DNA from: Candidatus Pacearchaeota archaeon
Lineage (GTDB): Archaea; Nanobdellota; Nanobdellia; Pacearchaeales; GW2011-AR1
DNA length: 64,000 nucleotides
Direction: 5' to 3'
NCBI GenBank assembly: GCA_018221305.1
Contig: JAAOYK010000051.1
Span: forward strand, 20,085-84,084
The notes below the pieces were generated by a model. It had not been told where the DNA came from, did not search any database, and saw only the letters and a list, made by a program, of their open reading frames with translations. Positions 1-10,205 of this stretch are shown here, piece after piece (the first letter of the stretch is position 1; each line of letters begins with the position of its first letter). Both the position numbers and the translations under genes were made by a program.

Positions 1-371
1 ACATAATTAGAAATCGGCCGTGTAATTTTCATACGTTCTGCTATACGTTTTGGATCACAGTTAGATAATGACCTAGTATTTGTAGTTGTATCAATCCCAA
101 CATAAAATTTTGCATTTTTTACAGTATGCATCCGCAAATCTGGAAATTTCTTTAACTGCTTATCACTTGCGTGTTTATAATAAAAATCAGTCATACCCGG
201 CAAAGTTATATTTACAAGAGGATAAGCCCCTTGTAATATAACTTGCTTGTATAATTCAAGAATAAATTCTTGCGCTTCTATTCCCCCAGAGATCATGACA
301 TTTGTGTCTGGTAAAACTTTTAAAGAATATTTCAATATTAGTTGTGCTAACTTCCTAGTTCTGGGATCCAT
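1..371 (-). CDS. Aminopeptidase, M29 (AmpS/PepS-like) family, N-terminal part; gene runs off the window edge
   Basis: Hand translation of minus strand from ATG (complement of 369-371): MDPRTRKLAQLILKYSLKVLPDTNVMISGGIEAQEFILELYKQVILQGAYPLVNI... It stays open to position 1 and is absent from the ORF track because no stop lies in the window. The N-terminal pattern resembles M29 aminopeptidases. Confidence 0.5.
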   Translation of the reverse strand, partial: MDPRTRKLAQLILKYSLKVLPDTNVMISGGIEAQEFILELYKQVILQGAYPLVNITLPGMTDFYYKHASDKQLKKFPDLRMHTVKNAKFYVGIDTTTNTRSLSNCDPKRIAERMKITRPISNY

Positions 372-556
372 TTTTTTCGTCTTATAATCGTACCCTTTTC
401 CCCAAATCTCCTAGGTGGTTTATTTAACCAATATGCAAACAATTATTAGTACTTTTAAAGTTTATTATACTCAAAGAATTAATAATCCTAAACATACATA
501 TAAGAATATAGACAAATTTAGATCAATAATCATACAATCTCAAAAGAATATAGACA

Positions 557-1216
557 TTAAATTGGTGCAAAACCTTTTTTTATTCTTTCTTTCCAATTCA
601 TAGTTTTATGCTTTGCTTTTCCAATAAACATTACAATCAATGTAATCATACTACCAAAAGTTGCCAAAAACATATCCTTAGAAGCATCCCAAATGTCCCC
701 CTGAGTACCCAAAAAAACCAAATTTTTCGCAGGACCAACCAAAAACTCAGTAAGCCATTCCCCAACCTCATAAAATGCTGAAAAACTAACAATAATACTA
801 AACGGTAAGTAATAAGACCAAATTCCTTTTGCTTTTGCGATTTTTAAAAAAAACTCGCGTATTGGAACAATCATTAAAAGTCCAAACGAAAAATGAACCA
901 ACCGATCATAATGATTTCTTGCCAATCCAAAATAATCCTGAATCCAAGAACCGAATGGAACATTTGAGTATGTATAATGTGCCCCAAGGGTATGAAGCAT
1001 CATAAAAATGAAAATGCAAAAATAAGCAACATTTGAGAATCTAAATTTATAATAAGTCCAGATAAATAAAGGAACTGCAAAAAAAGCTAAAACATTTTCA
1101 AGAAGCCAAACAGTCCGATCCCTAGGATTAATTGCCAAAAGAATCCAAAATGCTAAATAACAAATTAAAAGGACTAATGGAAAACTAACCTTACCGATCT
1201 TTTTTTTATTCATCAT
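557..1216 (-). CDS. Polytopic membrane protein, DUF2238/YjdF-like
   Basis: 219-aa ORF with several hydrophobic helices. Motifs NHYDRLVHFSFGLL and GTQGDIWDASKDM resemble the YjdF family. Confidence 0.55.
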   Translation of the reverse strand: MMNKKKIGKVSFPLVLLICYLAFWILLAINPRDRTVWLLENVLAFFAVPLFIWTYYKFRFSNVAYFCIFIFMMLHTLGAHYTYSNVPFGSWIQDYFGLARNHYDRLVHFSFGLLMIVPIREFFLKIAKAKGIWSYYLPFSIIVSFSAFYEVGEWLTEFLVGPAKNLVFLGTQGDIWDASKDMFLATFGSMITLIVMFIGKAKHKTMNWKERIKKGFAPI

Positions 1217-1229
1217 AATATTAAACTGA

Positions 1230-3200
1230 TCATTTTTTTAAAAGTTTTGGCACAATTCCCTTTGATTTAATAACTTCAAAAATCCAAAGCAGAATCAAAA
1301 AAATATAAAATAAAACAAAAAAAAGCAATACAACAAAAATTAACCTCAAATACCAATAGGGTTTTTTTGAAACATAATTCTTATTAATATATTGCTTATA
1401 TCTGGAACAAAGATGTTTCTCAAAAAATTTCTCATAAGTTATGCCCTCTTCAAACAAGATAGGGCTAACTTCTAGAGGATCAGAAGTTAAGTCATAAGTA
1501 GTTACACTTTTATCTTCTAAAGAATAAACAGATTTAATATTGTTTTTAATTGATCCTACTTTTAATTCCCCAAAAGGTTGCACAGCCATTGCGCAATCCT
1601 CATAATCTTCTTCTTCAAAACCATCCTTTAAGTTAAAAATAAAAGAATTCGGCAAAGTTTGATTATTTAACAAACTAAACAATGTAGCTCTAAAATCCAA
1701 TTGCGAATGACGCCTTAGATTAACAGAACCAACCTTATACTCATGTTCAACATTTTTTGGAGGAATAAACAAAACAGGAATCAAAATGTTATCATCATAC
1801 AGACCCAAAGTATTATACTGATCAGGCTCTTCAAAAATAGGATAACTATGATCTCCAGTAATTATTAATAACGTATTATTATCACTATATTCATCAAAAA
1901 GTTTCATAAAAATATCTAAGTAATAATCTTGCCATGCAAGCGAATTTAAATAATGTTCATACACTTCTTCAGCATTTTTTATTGGAGGATCAAATTTTTT
2001 ATCATCTTCATAAGATTCAAACGGAAAATGATGAGCACTGATTTCAATGTAAGTAAAAATTTGATCGGGATTTTTATAATTATTATTCAGGTAATCAAAA
2101 ACACGCTCAAAAAATATTTCATCATAATATCCCCAATCAGCTTTTGCATCATCTTCTTGCATAATATCGCTTTGATGAATCTCATCAAATCCAACAGTTT
2201 CTATAAAATTTTCAAAATTAGTAAACTCCAAGGTATCTTCCCTAAAGAAAAGTGACCTATACCCAGATTTTCTTAACTGTACTGGGAGGCAGTCCTTATT
2301 TAGTTCATCAAGCCTAAAAGCAAAAGCACGGTTCATATTCAAAAAAACCCCACAAAACATATTTGCTTGAGCTCGAATCGTCCGCACACTATTTCCAATA
2401 TATTTCGGGAAAAAAATGCCCCGAGAAGCATATTTCCAGAGATTTGGTGTGAAAGAAGAGTTATAGTATTCACGTTCAACAGAAAAATTCCCTAAAACTC
2501 CAAAAGAATTTACAGACTCTAATTGCAAGACAATAACATTCATATCAGAATCAGTCTGATAATTAGAATCATCATACAATTGCTTAAAATAATTATTATC
2601 TATATCATATCTTTCATAAGTTTTGCGAACATAATTCATAAATCCAGAATCTGCTGCGCCCTGAACAAAAAGAATAGCTAAAAAAAGAAAAAATAATGGA
2701 ACCACGAGATATAAAGCATAATTTTTATGATTAATATCAATTTCCCATAAAGTCTTTTTTAAAATTCTAAAGATAATATAAATAATAAAAAGAATACCAA
2801 GAGCAATCAAAGTGACTATAAAAAGTCCATTAAATTTAATTGAAGCTATAAATACAGATTTAAGACCTGTAAAAAAGACAACCATATAACTAAAATCTCC
2901 ACCATTAAACAAATTTAAGGCAACCCCAACATAACATAAAAAATATATTGTAGAAAAAGTAATAATAAAAAATTTCTTTAAAAAAATACTTTTTTTCCCA
3001 TTATTAAGCCAGGCCACAAGCATAATTTGGATTAAGTAAAACAAAGCAAGAGACACCACAAAAAAAAAGGAAGTAAGAAGACTATCCCTGAATAAAATAG
3101 CATATAGTAAAAGTGGTAAAGAAAAAATAAACGCAACAATCGAAAAATAAAACGTATTTAAACCTAGTTTTCTTTTCAAAATATTACCTACTCTTTTCAT
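1230..3200 (-). CDS. LtaS-like sulfatase / phosphoglycerol-transferase family membrane protein (alkaline-phosphatase superfamily)
   Basis: 656 aa. N-terminal ~180 aa is multi-TM, followed by an extracytoplasmic domain with VIVLQLESVNSF and IITGDHS motifs typical of LTA-synthase/sulfatase enzymes. There is an extra C-terminal TM. Confidence 0.65.
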   Translation of the reverse strand: MKRVGNILKRKLGLNTFYFSIVAFIFSLPLLLYAILFRDSLLTSFFFVVSLALFYLIQIMLVAWLNNGKKSIFLKKFFIITFSTIYFLCYVGVALNLFNGGDFSYMVVFFTGLKSVFIASIKFNGLFIVTLIALGILFIIYIIFRILKKTLWEIDINHKNYALYLVVPLFFLFLAILFVQGAADSGFMNYVRKTYERYDIDNNYFKQLYDDSNYQTDSDMNVIVLQLESVNSFGVLGNFSVEREYYNSSFTPNLWKYASRGIFFPKYIGNSVRTIRAQANMFCGVFLNMNRAFAFRLDELNKDCLPVQLRKSGYRSLFFREDTLEFTNFENFIETVGFDEIHQSDIMQEDDAKADWGYYDEIFFERVFDYLNNNYKNPDQIFTYIEISAHHFPFESYEDDKKFDPPIKNAEEVYEHYLNSLAWQDYYLDIFMKLFDEYSDNNTLLIITGDHSYPIFEEPDQYNTLGLYDDNILIPVLFIPPKNVEHEYKVGSVNLRRHSQLDFRATLFSLLNNQTLPNSFIFNLKDGFEEEDYEDCAMAVQPFGELKVGSIKNNIKSVYSLEDKSVTTYDLTSDPLEVSPILFEEGITYEKFFEKHLCSRYKQYINKNYVSKKPYWYLRLIFVVLLFFVLFYIFLILLWIFEVIKSKGIVPKLLKK

Positions 3201-3385
3201 TTTACAATCATATGTTTAATAGTCACTATAAATAGTTTTCTACCAAAAATAAAGTCATAAAGTCATAAAAATGAGTAAATAGACCTAATTTTTGACAAAA
3301 TCCATAATAGCAAGCCATCTACAGGCTTACAAAATAACAATTAGCATGCAACAACGTTTATAACAAAGTAAAATTTTTCAAAAAA

Positions 3386-4531
3386 ATGCAAAAAAGAAGG
3401 ATTTTAATTGCTATGCTAGAAATCGGTGACGGGCACAAATCTCCTGCAAATGCTCTAAAAAAATCAATAGAAAAATTATACCCAAAAAAGTACGAAATAA
3501 CAATTCTAGACCTTGCGCAAGAGCTAGGCTCAAAAATATTTTTCAATGCATACCATACATGTTGGACAAAAATAGGCCTAAATCTTCCAGAATCAATGCA
3601 CATAATATATACGCTTACAAATAACAAAATAGCTCAAAGAGCTGAAAGGATTTTGTTACTAAATTTAATAAACAAAACAAAAAAATATCTTATCAAACAA
3701 AAACCAGACCTGCTAATTAGCACACACTATTCAATGACTCACGTATTATCAAGAGCCAGAAGAAAACTAAAGATTCCTCTTATTTCAATAAACACAGATC
3801 CTTTTGATAGTCATCAACTTTGGGCAAGAAAAGATGTTGACAAAGTAATAACTTTTTCTAACCGCGCACATACTCAATTACTGCGAAAAGGAGTTAAAGA
3901 AAACAAATTAAAAATCATCAAAAACTCCTACATTTTAGATCACAAACATTCTTTGCCAACCCAAAACAAACAAAAATTAAGAAAAAAATTGCAACTTACC
4001 AACCAACCAACTATTTTAATGTCTGCAGGAGCAGAGGGAGTAAGCAACTTAAAACTTTTCGTAAAAAAAATCATTCAAAACAATTTAGACTATCAAATAA
4101 TCTTCATATGCGCAAGGAACAAAAAGCTAAAAAAAGAGATCGAAAGAATATCAACAAAAAAATCAAAAACAAACCTTTTAGTTTTAGGTTATGTTGAGAA
4201 TATGCATGAACTTATAGCAGCTTCAGACCTAGTACTTGGAAAACCTGGAGCTTCGCAAACCTTTGAAGTTCTTTCAAAAAATAAACCAATAATTTATACA
4301 TCTTGTATGATCAACGAGTTTCCAACGTTAAAATTTGTTACAAAAAATAAAATTGGATGGTACACTCCAACCACTAAAAAATTTCTACAACTTTTAAACA
4401 AAATAGGGGGAAATCCCGAAATCTTAATAAAAATACAAGAACAAATAAAAAACTTCAAGTTTAGATCTTGCACTCCAGATTTAGCAAAATATATAATAAA
4501 AACATTTCTAAAACCTACTCAAGAGTTTTAG
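3386..4531 (+). CDS. MGDG-synthase / UgtP-like glycolipid glycosyltransferase (GT28)
   Basis: 381 aa. N-terminal ILIAMLEIGDGHKSPANALKKSI matches the (S/G)GGH motif of MGDG-synthase-domain enzymes. The C-terminal half is GT-B like (LGKPGASQTFE). A TTTATAA box at 3357-3363 sits 26 nt before the ATG. Confidence 0.65.
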   Translation: MQKRRILIAMLEIGDGHKSPANALKKSIEKLYPKKYEITILDLAQELGSKIFFNAYHTCWTKIGLNLPESMHIIYTLTNNKIAQRAERILLLNLINKTKKYLIKQKPDLLISTHYSMTHVLSRARRKLKIPLISINTDPFDSHQLWARKDVDKVITFSNRAHTQLLRKGVKENKLKIIKNSYILDHKHSLPTQNKQKLRKKLQLTNQPTILMSAGAEGVSNLKLFVKKIIQNNLDYQIIFICARNKKLKKEIERISTKKSKTNLLVLGYVENMHELIAASDLVLGKPGASQTFEVLSKNKPIIYTSCMINEFPTLKFVTKNKIGWYTPTTKKFLQLLNKIGGNPEILIKIQEQIKNFKFRSCTPDLAKYIIKTFLKPTQEF

Positions 4532-5603
4532 CCAAATTTAGTGCAGCTTCAACAGCCTTATCCATATTTAAATACCGATACTCTGCAAGACGTCCGATAA
4601 AATATACATTTTTTTTATTGTTTGCTTCTTGCAAATATTTTTTTGCCAAAGTCAAATTATTTTCATCCATTAAAGGATAACTTGGCTCCCCATCCCATGT
4701 AAAAAATTCCTTACAAATAACAGTCTCGTTACTATCAAGATTATAAAATTTCTTAAACTCAGTTACACGCGCAAAATCCTTATTGATATCAGGATGATTA
4801 ATTACAGAATTTACCTGAAAACTAGGGATTGAATGTTTTTCAAAAACAAAATTTATCCCACGATATTTTAAAGGACCATATTTATGATTAAAAAATCGAT
4901 CAATAGGACCAGTATAAATAATTTTAGAAGTCTTTAAACGACTTACAACATCAAAAAAGTCAGTATTCAAAGCAATCTTTATATTTTTATGATTCAACAA
5001 ATTTGTAAACAAATTTGTAAACCCCTTACTGGGCATACCTTGAAATTCATCATTAAAATAATTTGGGTTTCTATCATAACGTATCGGTAATCTTTCCAAA
5101 ACCATACGATGCAATTCTTGTGGATACCGATCCCATTGTTTTTTTGTGTAATGTTTTACAAACGCTTCATATAACTCATTTCCAAATTTTGAAACAACAA
5201 CATCTCTTGAGTTTTTTATGTCACTTATTTTTTCTCGAATACTCTCTAAAAAAATTTTTAACTCGTTAGGAGAATTTAAATTTAAGTTGTAATACTTATT
5301 TACAGTATCGAGATTAATAGGTATTGGATAATGTTCTCCTTGATAATCTGCCAGAACCTTGTGTTGATAATCATTCCACTTAGTAAATTTTGACAGATAA
5401 TCAAAAACTTGCTTATTGTCTGTATGAAAAATATGAGGCCCATATTTTTGAATCAAAATATTTCCGTGATTATAATCATAACAATTCCCGCCAATATGAT
5501 CCCTTTTATCCAAAATTAACACAGATTTGCCCGTACTTGCAAGTTGCTCTGCAATAACAGAACCTGCAAATCCGCTACCAACCACAACAACATCATATGC
5601 CAT
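4515..5603 (-). CDS. glf: UDP-galactopyranose mutase
   Basis: 362 aa. N-terminal FAD fold YDVVVVGSGFAGSVIAEQLA...ILDKRDHIGGNCYD and overall length are typical of Glf. Confidence 0.9.
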   Translation of the reverse strand: MAYDVVVVGSGFAGSVIAEQLASTGKSVLILDKRDHIGGNCYDYNHGNILIQKYGPHIFHTDNKQVFDYLSKFTKWNDYQHKVLADYQGEHYPIPINLDTVNKYYNLNLNSPNELKIFLESIREKISDIKNSRDVVVSKFGNELYEAFVKHYTKKQWDRYPQELHRMVLERLPIRYDRNPNYFNDEFQGMPSKGFTNLFTNLLNHKNIKIALNTDFFDVVSRLKTSKIIYTGPIDRFFNHKYGPLKYRGINFVFEKHSIPSFQVNSVINHPDINKDFARVTEFKKFYNLDSNETVICKEFFTWDGEPSYPLMDENNLTLAKKYLQEANNKKNVYFIGRLAEYRYLNMDKAVEAALNLAKTLE

Positions 5604-5611
5604 AAAAGAAA

Positions 5612-5644
5612 ACCAAAAACCAAATTTATAAACTCTTCTTTGCT
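5612..5644 (-). promoter_or_regulatory. 33-nt promoter element (copy 1) containing TATA box TTTATAAA (5625-5632) about 26 nt upstream of the glf ATG
   Basis: ACCAAAAACCAAATTTATAAACTCTTcTTTGCT. Identical except 1 nt to 12006-12038. TATA-to-ATG spacing implies a leaderless transcript. Confidence 0.6.
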
Positions 5645-5752
5645 GTAAAAAAGATAATGCAATACCTAGAATCTCTTTAATTTAATTAATCAAATTTTAG
5701 TATATATTAAGGTACAATTAATTTTATAATAGGACTGATACATAATAAATTT

Positions 5753-6259
5753 ATGCAAAAAAAAGGAAGACTAGTTTGGATCACTGGCCTTGCTGGATCT
5801 GGAAAAACAACCCTAGCAAAAAGGCTTCAAGAGGAAATGGACTACAAACCAGTTCATCTTGACGGCGATAACATCAGAGAAATTTTAGATGAAACCACAA
5901 CACACGGCATTGATGGAAGGCAAAGAACTGCAAAAATTTATTCAAAACTATGCAGTTATCTAACTAATCAAGGTCATGACGTAATCATGAGCACAATCTC
6001 ATTATTTCACGATATTCATGACTACAACAAAGAACATAATAAAAATTACTATGAAGTCTTGCTTCAGGTAGATCCTGATATTTTAAGACAAAGAGATAAA
6101 AAAGATTTATACACAACAGCAGACGGAAATGTTATGGGACTCCACCAAACCCCAGAATTTCCAAAAAATCCTACACTTGTACTTACAAACAATAATGAAG
6201 AAGAGATTGACCAAAACGTTCAAGCAATAATAAAGGTGTTAAACAATGGAAAAGCATAA
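5753..6259 (+). CDS. APS-kinase-fold nucleotide 3'-kinase (Cj1415-like; predicted cytidine diphosphoramidate kinase)
   Basis: 168 aa. P-loop VWITGLAGSGKTTLAKRL, LDGDNIR and a QRDKKDLY region match the adenylylsulfate kinase fold. No ATP sulfurylase is present in the window. A TATA-like TTTATAAT box (5723-5730) is centred about 26 nt upstream of the ATG. Confidence 0.75.
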   Translation: MQKKGRLVWITGLAGSGKTTLAKRLQEEMDYKPVHLDGDNIREILDETTTHGIDGRQRTAKIYSKLCSYLTNQGHDVIMSTISLFHDIHDYNKEHNKNYYEVLLQVDPDILRQRDKKDLYTTADGNVMGLHQTPEFPKNPTLVLTNNNEEEIDQNVQAIIKVLNNGKA

Positions 6260-7025
6260 AGCATCAGATTATACAGGCAAAGGAGAAAATTATCGCAAAT
6301 ACCGGTCTGGATATTCAGATACTGTACTAAACCTTATTCTTGCCCATACAGGCTTAGCTTACAGCGAGCAAAGCAAAACAGTCGCAGACATCGGAGCAGG
6401 AACAGGAATATTTTCAAGGCAGCTAGCAGATAAAGGCCTCAATGTTATTTCAGTAGAACCAAATGATGATATGAGAGCTAATGGGGAAGAATATACCAAA
6501 GATTACCGAAATGTCTCCTGGAGAAAAGGAGATGGAGAAAATACAGGTCTTGCAAATAAATCAGTTAACTTGGTCACAATGGCTTCAGCCTTTCACTGGA
6601 CAGACCCAAACAAATCATTACCAGAATTTTATAGAATATTAAAAGATAAAGGATATGTCACACTTTTATGGAACCCGCTTGTCAAACAAGGAGACCCAAT
6701 CCAAGAACAGGTTGAACAAATCATACAGACCAACATCCCAAACCTGTCCCGTGGTTTCAGAAGCGGAGAAAACTCAAAAGAACTTTTAATGTCAAGCGGA
6801 TATTTTACAGACGTTTTAGAGATGCGTCACGTACACAAAAGCACACAATCAAAAGATCACTACATCAGTGCCTGGAAGGCCGCAAATCATGTAAGAACAA
6901 GTGCTGAAGAAATTGGTCCAAAAGTCTTTGACAACATCATAAACAGTATCACTGACCTTTTGAAAGATAAAGAAACAATTGATGTTCCATACTTAACAAA
7001 GGCCTGGATTGCTCAAAAAAAATAA
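6246..7025 (+). CDS. Class I SAM-dependent methyltransferase (Cj1419/Cj1420-like)
   Basis: 259 aa with SAM motif I VADIGAGTGIFSRQLADKG. It overlaps the upstream gene by 14 nt. Confidence 0.8.
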   Translation: MEKHKASDYTGKGENYRKYRSGYSDTVLNLILAHTGLAYSEQSKTVADIGAGTGIFSRQLADKGLNVISVEPNDDMRANGEEYTKDYRNVSWRKGDGENTGLANKSVNLVTMASAFHWTDPNKSLPEFYRILKDKGYVTLLWNPLVKQGDPIQEQVEQIIQTNIPNLSRGFRSGENSKELLMSSGYFTDVLEMRHVHKSTQSKDHYISAWKAANHVRTSAEEIGPKVFDNIINSITDLLKDKETIDVPYLTKAWIAQKK

Positions 7026-7037
7026 AACTTCTTAAAA

Positions 7038-9407
7038 ATGGTGGATTTTATATTTGGAACTAAAGCAGAAACTTTAAAGAAGATCAAACCACTTGTAAAG
7101 GAAAGTCTTGTTCTTGATCATTTATCTTTTTCAGTAACTGACTGGATAAACAGCAAAGAAGAAATAATCAAAGAAATCATAAAGTTTTTTGACACAGATT
7201 TAATTGCTATAAGGAGTAGCTCATTAAACGAAGACACTCTTAATTCTTCACAAGCAGGAAATTATGAAACAATCTTAAACGTTCCAAAAAATGACATACA
7301 CTCAATAATTAAAGCCGTAGAAAAAGTTAAAGAAAGTTACACAAAAAAAGGACAACCAGACCCAAATGATCAAATTTTAGTTCAGCCAATGATAAAAAAT
7401 GTTATTTTGAGCGGCGTAGTATTTACGCGGTGCCATAATACAGGTGCACCATATCTAGTTATAAACTATGACGACATGTCCGGAAAAACTTATAGTGTCA
7501 CGGGTGGGTCTGGAAACTTAAAAACATTTACTTATCTCAAATCTTCAGAAAAACTTCCAACTAACCCTCACCTAAATAAAGTGATAAAACTCGTAAACGA
7601 GATTGAAACGATTACTAACAATGATAGTTTAGACATAGAATTTGCAATTAATGATATTGGGATCTTCCTATTACAAATACGCCCATTAACAACCTTAAAA
7701 CAAATAGACCCTTTTTTAGATGAAAATCTAAAATCCACAATTAAAAGAATTAAAGAGTTCATTCAGACAAACGATAAAAAGTTTCCAAACCTGCACGGCT
7801 ATAAAGCGATTTTCGGTTCCATGCCTGACTGGAACCCTGCAGAGATAATAGGCGAATCACCAAAACCTTTGGCATTTTCACTTTACAGAGAATTAATTAC
7901 TGATTCAATATGGCCGCTAAGCAGAAAAAAGATCGGATATAAAGATGTTGGCTATCATCCAGGAGTTGTATCTCTTGGCGGCAAACCTTATGTTGATGTG
8001 CGTCTAAGCTTTAACACATTTGTCCCGGCCTCACTTTCAGAAACTACTTCTGAAAAACTAGTTAATTTTTATATAGATAAACTAATAAATAATCCAAAAT
8101 GGCACGACAAAGTAGAATTCAAGATAGCTCATACTTGCTACAAGTTTGGTTTTGAAAAAGAAGAGCAAGAATTACAGCAAAACAACTTCTCCCCTTTACA
8201 GATAAAAGAAATAAAAGATTCATTAATTGAATTGACAAACAAAATTGTTAATAACCACCACACATCAATTGATCAAGAATTAGAGCTCAACTACTCTCTC
8301 GGCAACAGAAGAGAAAAAATAGTCAATTCAGATATCGAAGATGACGTCAAAATTTCTCAACTGATCCATGACTGTAAATATTATGGCACCTTACCATTCT
8401 CAAAACTAGCACGTTTTGCATTCATAGGAAACATTTTATTAACTTCATTAGTAGACAAAGGCGTAGTCACAACAGACGAAAAAGATTTATTTTTCAGATC
8501 TATCCGCTCTGTAGCAACTGAATTTTTAGAAACATTACAAGAATTTAAAAACAACCAAATAACTAAAGAAGATTTTTTAAAAAAATTTGGGCACTTAAGG
8601 CCAGGAACTTATGATCTTTGCTCAAAAACATACAATGAAAATTTTGATGAATATTTTATTATAACAAGTATAAAAGAGAAAAATGAACAACAAATCCAAT
8701 TTGATTTTAGTATTGAGAAAAAGACAATCATAGATAACGAGATTAAAAAAGAAGGCCTTGACTTCTCAGCAGACCAGTTTTTAGAGTTTACAAGAAAAGC
8801 ATTAATAGCCCGCGAAAGATCAAAATTTGAGTTTACAAAAAATCTTAGCCTGGTACTTGACTATTGCCACAAATTTATGTCAAAACACGGGTTTAGTAAA
8901 GAAGACGTAACTTTTTTAGAAATTAATGACATAATCTTATTTTCACACAAATCAAAATCAATAAACGAGATTGAAGAACTAAAAAATAAAATTAAAAAAA
9001 GTATGACCAACTATCAAATAACAAAAGCTCTTAGATTGCCACCATTAATATACTTAGACAGAAGCACAGAGTATTTTCATCAATTTGACAGTCAGCCAAA
9101 CTATATTACAAACAAATCCATTACTGGAAAGATCATAAATTTATCAGAACACAAAACAACAGAAGATATAAAAAACAAAATAGTCTTGATAACAAATGCT
9201 GATCCAGGGTATGACTGGATCTTTGGCCACAACATTAAAGGATTAATAACAAAATATGGTGGAGTAGCGTCTCACATGTCAATAAGATGTGCAGAATTCG
9301 GACTTCCAGCAGCAATCGGTTGTGGAGAAACAATCTTTGAACATATCCGCAAATTTGAAAATATTGAGCTTAATTGCGGAACAAACCAAATAAAAGGAAT
9401 ATCTTAA
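7038..9407 (+). CDS. PEP-utilising (PEP synthase/PPDK-family) phosphohistidine enzyme, Cj1418 L-glutamine-kinase-like
   Basis: 789 aa. N-terminal nucleotide-binding domain (IAIRSSSLNEDTLNSSQAGNYETILNV). C-terminal swivelling phospho-His domain (GGVASHMSIRCAEFGLPAAIGCG). Confidence 0.75.
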   Translation: MVDFIFGTKAETLKKIKPLVKESLVLDHLSFSVTDWINSKEEIIKEIIKFFDTDLIAIRSSSLNEDTLNSSQAGNYETILNVPKNDIHSIIKAVEKVKESYTKKGQPDPNDQILVQPMIKNVILSGVVFTRCHNTGAPYLVINYDDMSGKTYSVTGGSGNLKTFTYLKSSEKLPTNPHLNKVIKLVNEIETITNNDSLDIEFAINDIGIFLLQIRPLTTLKQIDPFLDENLKSTIKRIKEFIQTNDKKFPNLHGYKAIFGSMPDWNPAEIIGESPKPLAFSLYRELITDSIWPLSRKKIGYKDVGYHPGVVSLGGKPYVDVRLSFNTFVPASLSETTSEKLVNFYIDKLINNPKWHDKVEFKIAHTCYKFGFEKEEQELQQNNFSPLQIKEIKDSLIELTNKIVNNHHTSIDQELELNYSLGNRREKIVNSDIEDDVKISQLIHDCKYYGTLPFSKLARFAFIGNILLTSLVDKGVVTTDEKDLFFRSIRSVATEFLETLQEFKNNQITKEDFLKKFGHLRPGTYDLCSKTYNENFDEYFIITSIKEKNEQQIQFDFSIEKKTIIDNEIKKEGLDFSADQFLEFTRKALIARERSKFEFTKNLSLVLDYCHKFMSKHGFSKEDVTFLEINDIILFSHKSKSINEIEELKNKIKKSMTNYQITKALRLPPLIYLDRSTEYFHQFDSQPNYITNKSITGKIINLSEHKTTEDIKNKIVLITNADPGYDWIFGHNIKGLITKYGGVASHMSIRCAEFGLPAAIGCGETIFEHIRKFENIELNCGTNQIKGIS

Positions 9408-9408
9408 A

Positions 9409-10203
9409 ATGAAAGCAATAATTTGTGCAGCAGGTATGGGGACACGTCTTGGAAAATATACAGAAAATCTTCCAAAATGTATGCTAGAGTTTAACAACAA
9501 ACCCTTACTTGAACACCAAGTAGATACATTAAGATCCTCAGGAATAAATGACATAAGCATTGTCAGAGGTTACATGCCAGACAAGATAAACATCACTGGA
9601 ACCAAATATTATGAAAATCCAGACTTTGCTACAACAAACATGGTTGCTTCATTAATGACTGCAGAAAAAGAAATGTCCACAGATTCAGAGATCCTTATTT
9701 GTTATGCAGACATTCTTTATGAAAAACGTTTGATTGACAAAATCCAGAAAAGTAAATCACCTGTTTCCGTCCTTGTAGACGATGACTGGGCCCCTTACTG
9801 GATGGCAAGACTAGATGATTGGAGATCAGATATTGAGAGTTTAACCTATGATTCAGAAAGCAAAATTATAGACATTGGAAACCCACATTGCAAACTCGAA
9901 GATGCAATGTCAAGATATATTGGATTAATAAAATTCAATAATCAAGGCATCCAAGCATTTAAAGAAATTTTTCATGAAAATAAAAAGAAACATTGGAATT
10001 CAAGTGAGCCCTGGCTGCGCTCTAAATCATTTAAACAAGCCTACATGACATGCATGTTACAGGAAATGGTAAACAAGGGAATAGATGTACATGCCGTGCA
10101 TACAAAAAAAGGATGGCTTGAGTTTGACACATCCGAGGACATAGAAAAAGCAATACAATGGAACAAGACAGGAGAAATTAAAAAGTACATAAATCTTAAA
10201 TAA
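9409..10203 (+). CDS. Nucleotidyltransferase (NTP_transferase fold; Cj1416-like cytidylyltransferase)
   Basis: 264 aa. N-terminal MKAIICAAGMGTRLG signature. Starts 2 nt after the upstream stop. Confidence 0.8.
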   Translation: MKAIICAAGMGTRLGKYTENLPKCMLEFNNKPLLEHQVDTLRSSGINDISIVRGYMPDKINITGTKYYENPDFATTNMVASLMTAEKEMSTDSEILICYADILYEKRLIDKIQKSKSPVSVLVDDDWAPYWMARLDDWRSDIESLTYDSESKIIDIGNPHCKLEDAMSRYIGLIKFNNQGIQAFKEIFHENKKKHWNSSEPWLRSKSFKQAYMTCMLQEMVNKGIDVHAVHTKKGWLEFDTSEDIEKAIQWNKTGEIKKYINLK

Positions 10204-10205
10204 AA

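Noticed and set aside
5753-6259. Ordinary sulfate-assimilation APS kinase (cysC)
   Set aside because: No ATP sulfurylase or PAPS reductase is in the window. The gene is translationally packed with the PEP-utilising enzyme, cytidylyltransferase, C26 hydrolase and methyltransferase set diagnostic of the MeOPN pathway. A PAPS/sulfation role together with the neighbouring sulfotransferase-fold gene cannot be fully excluded.
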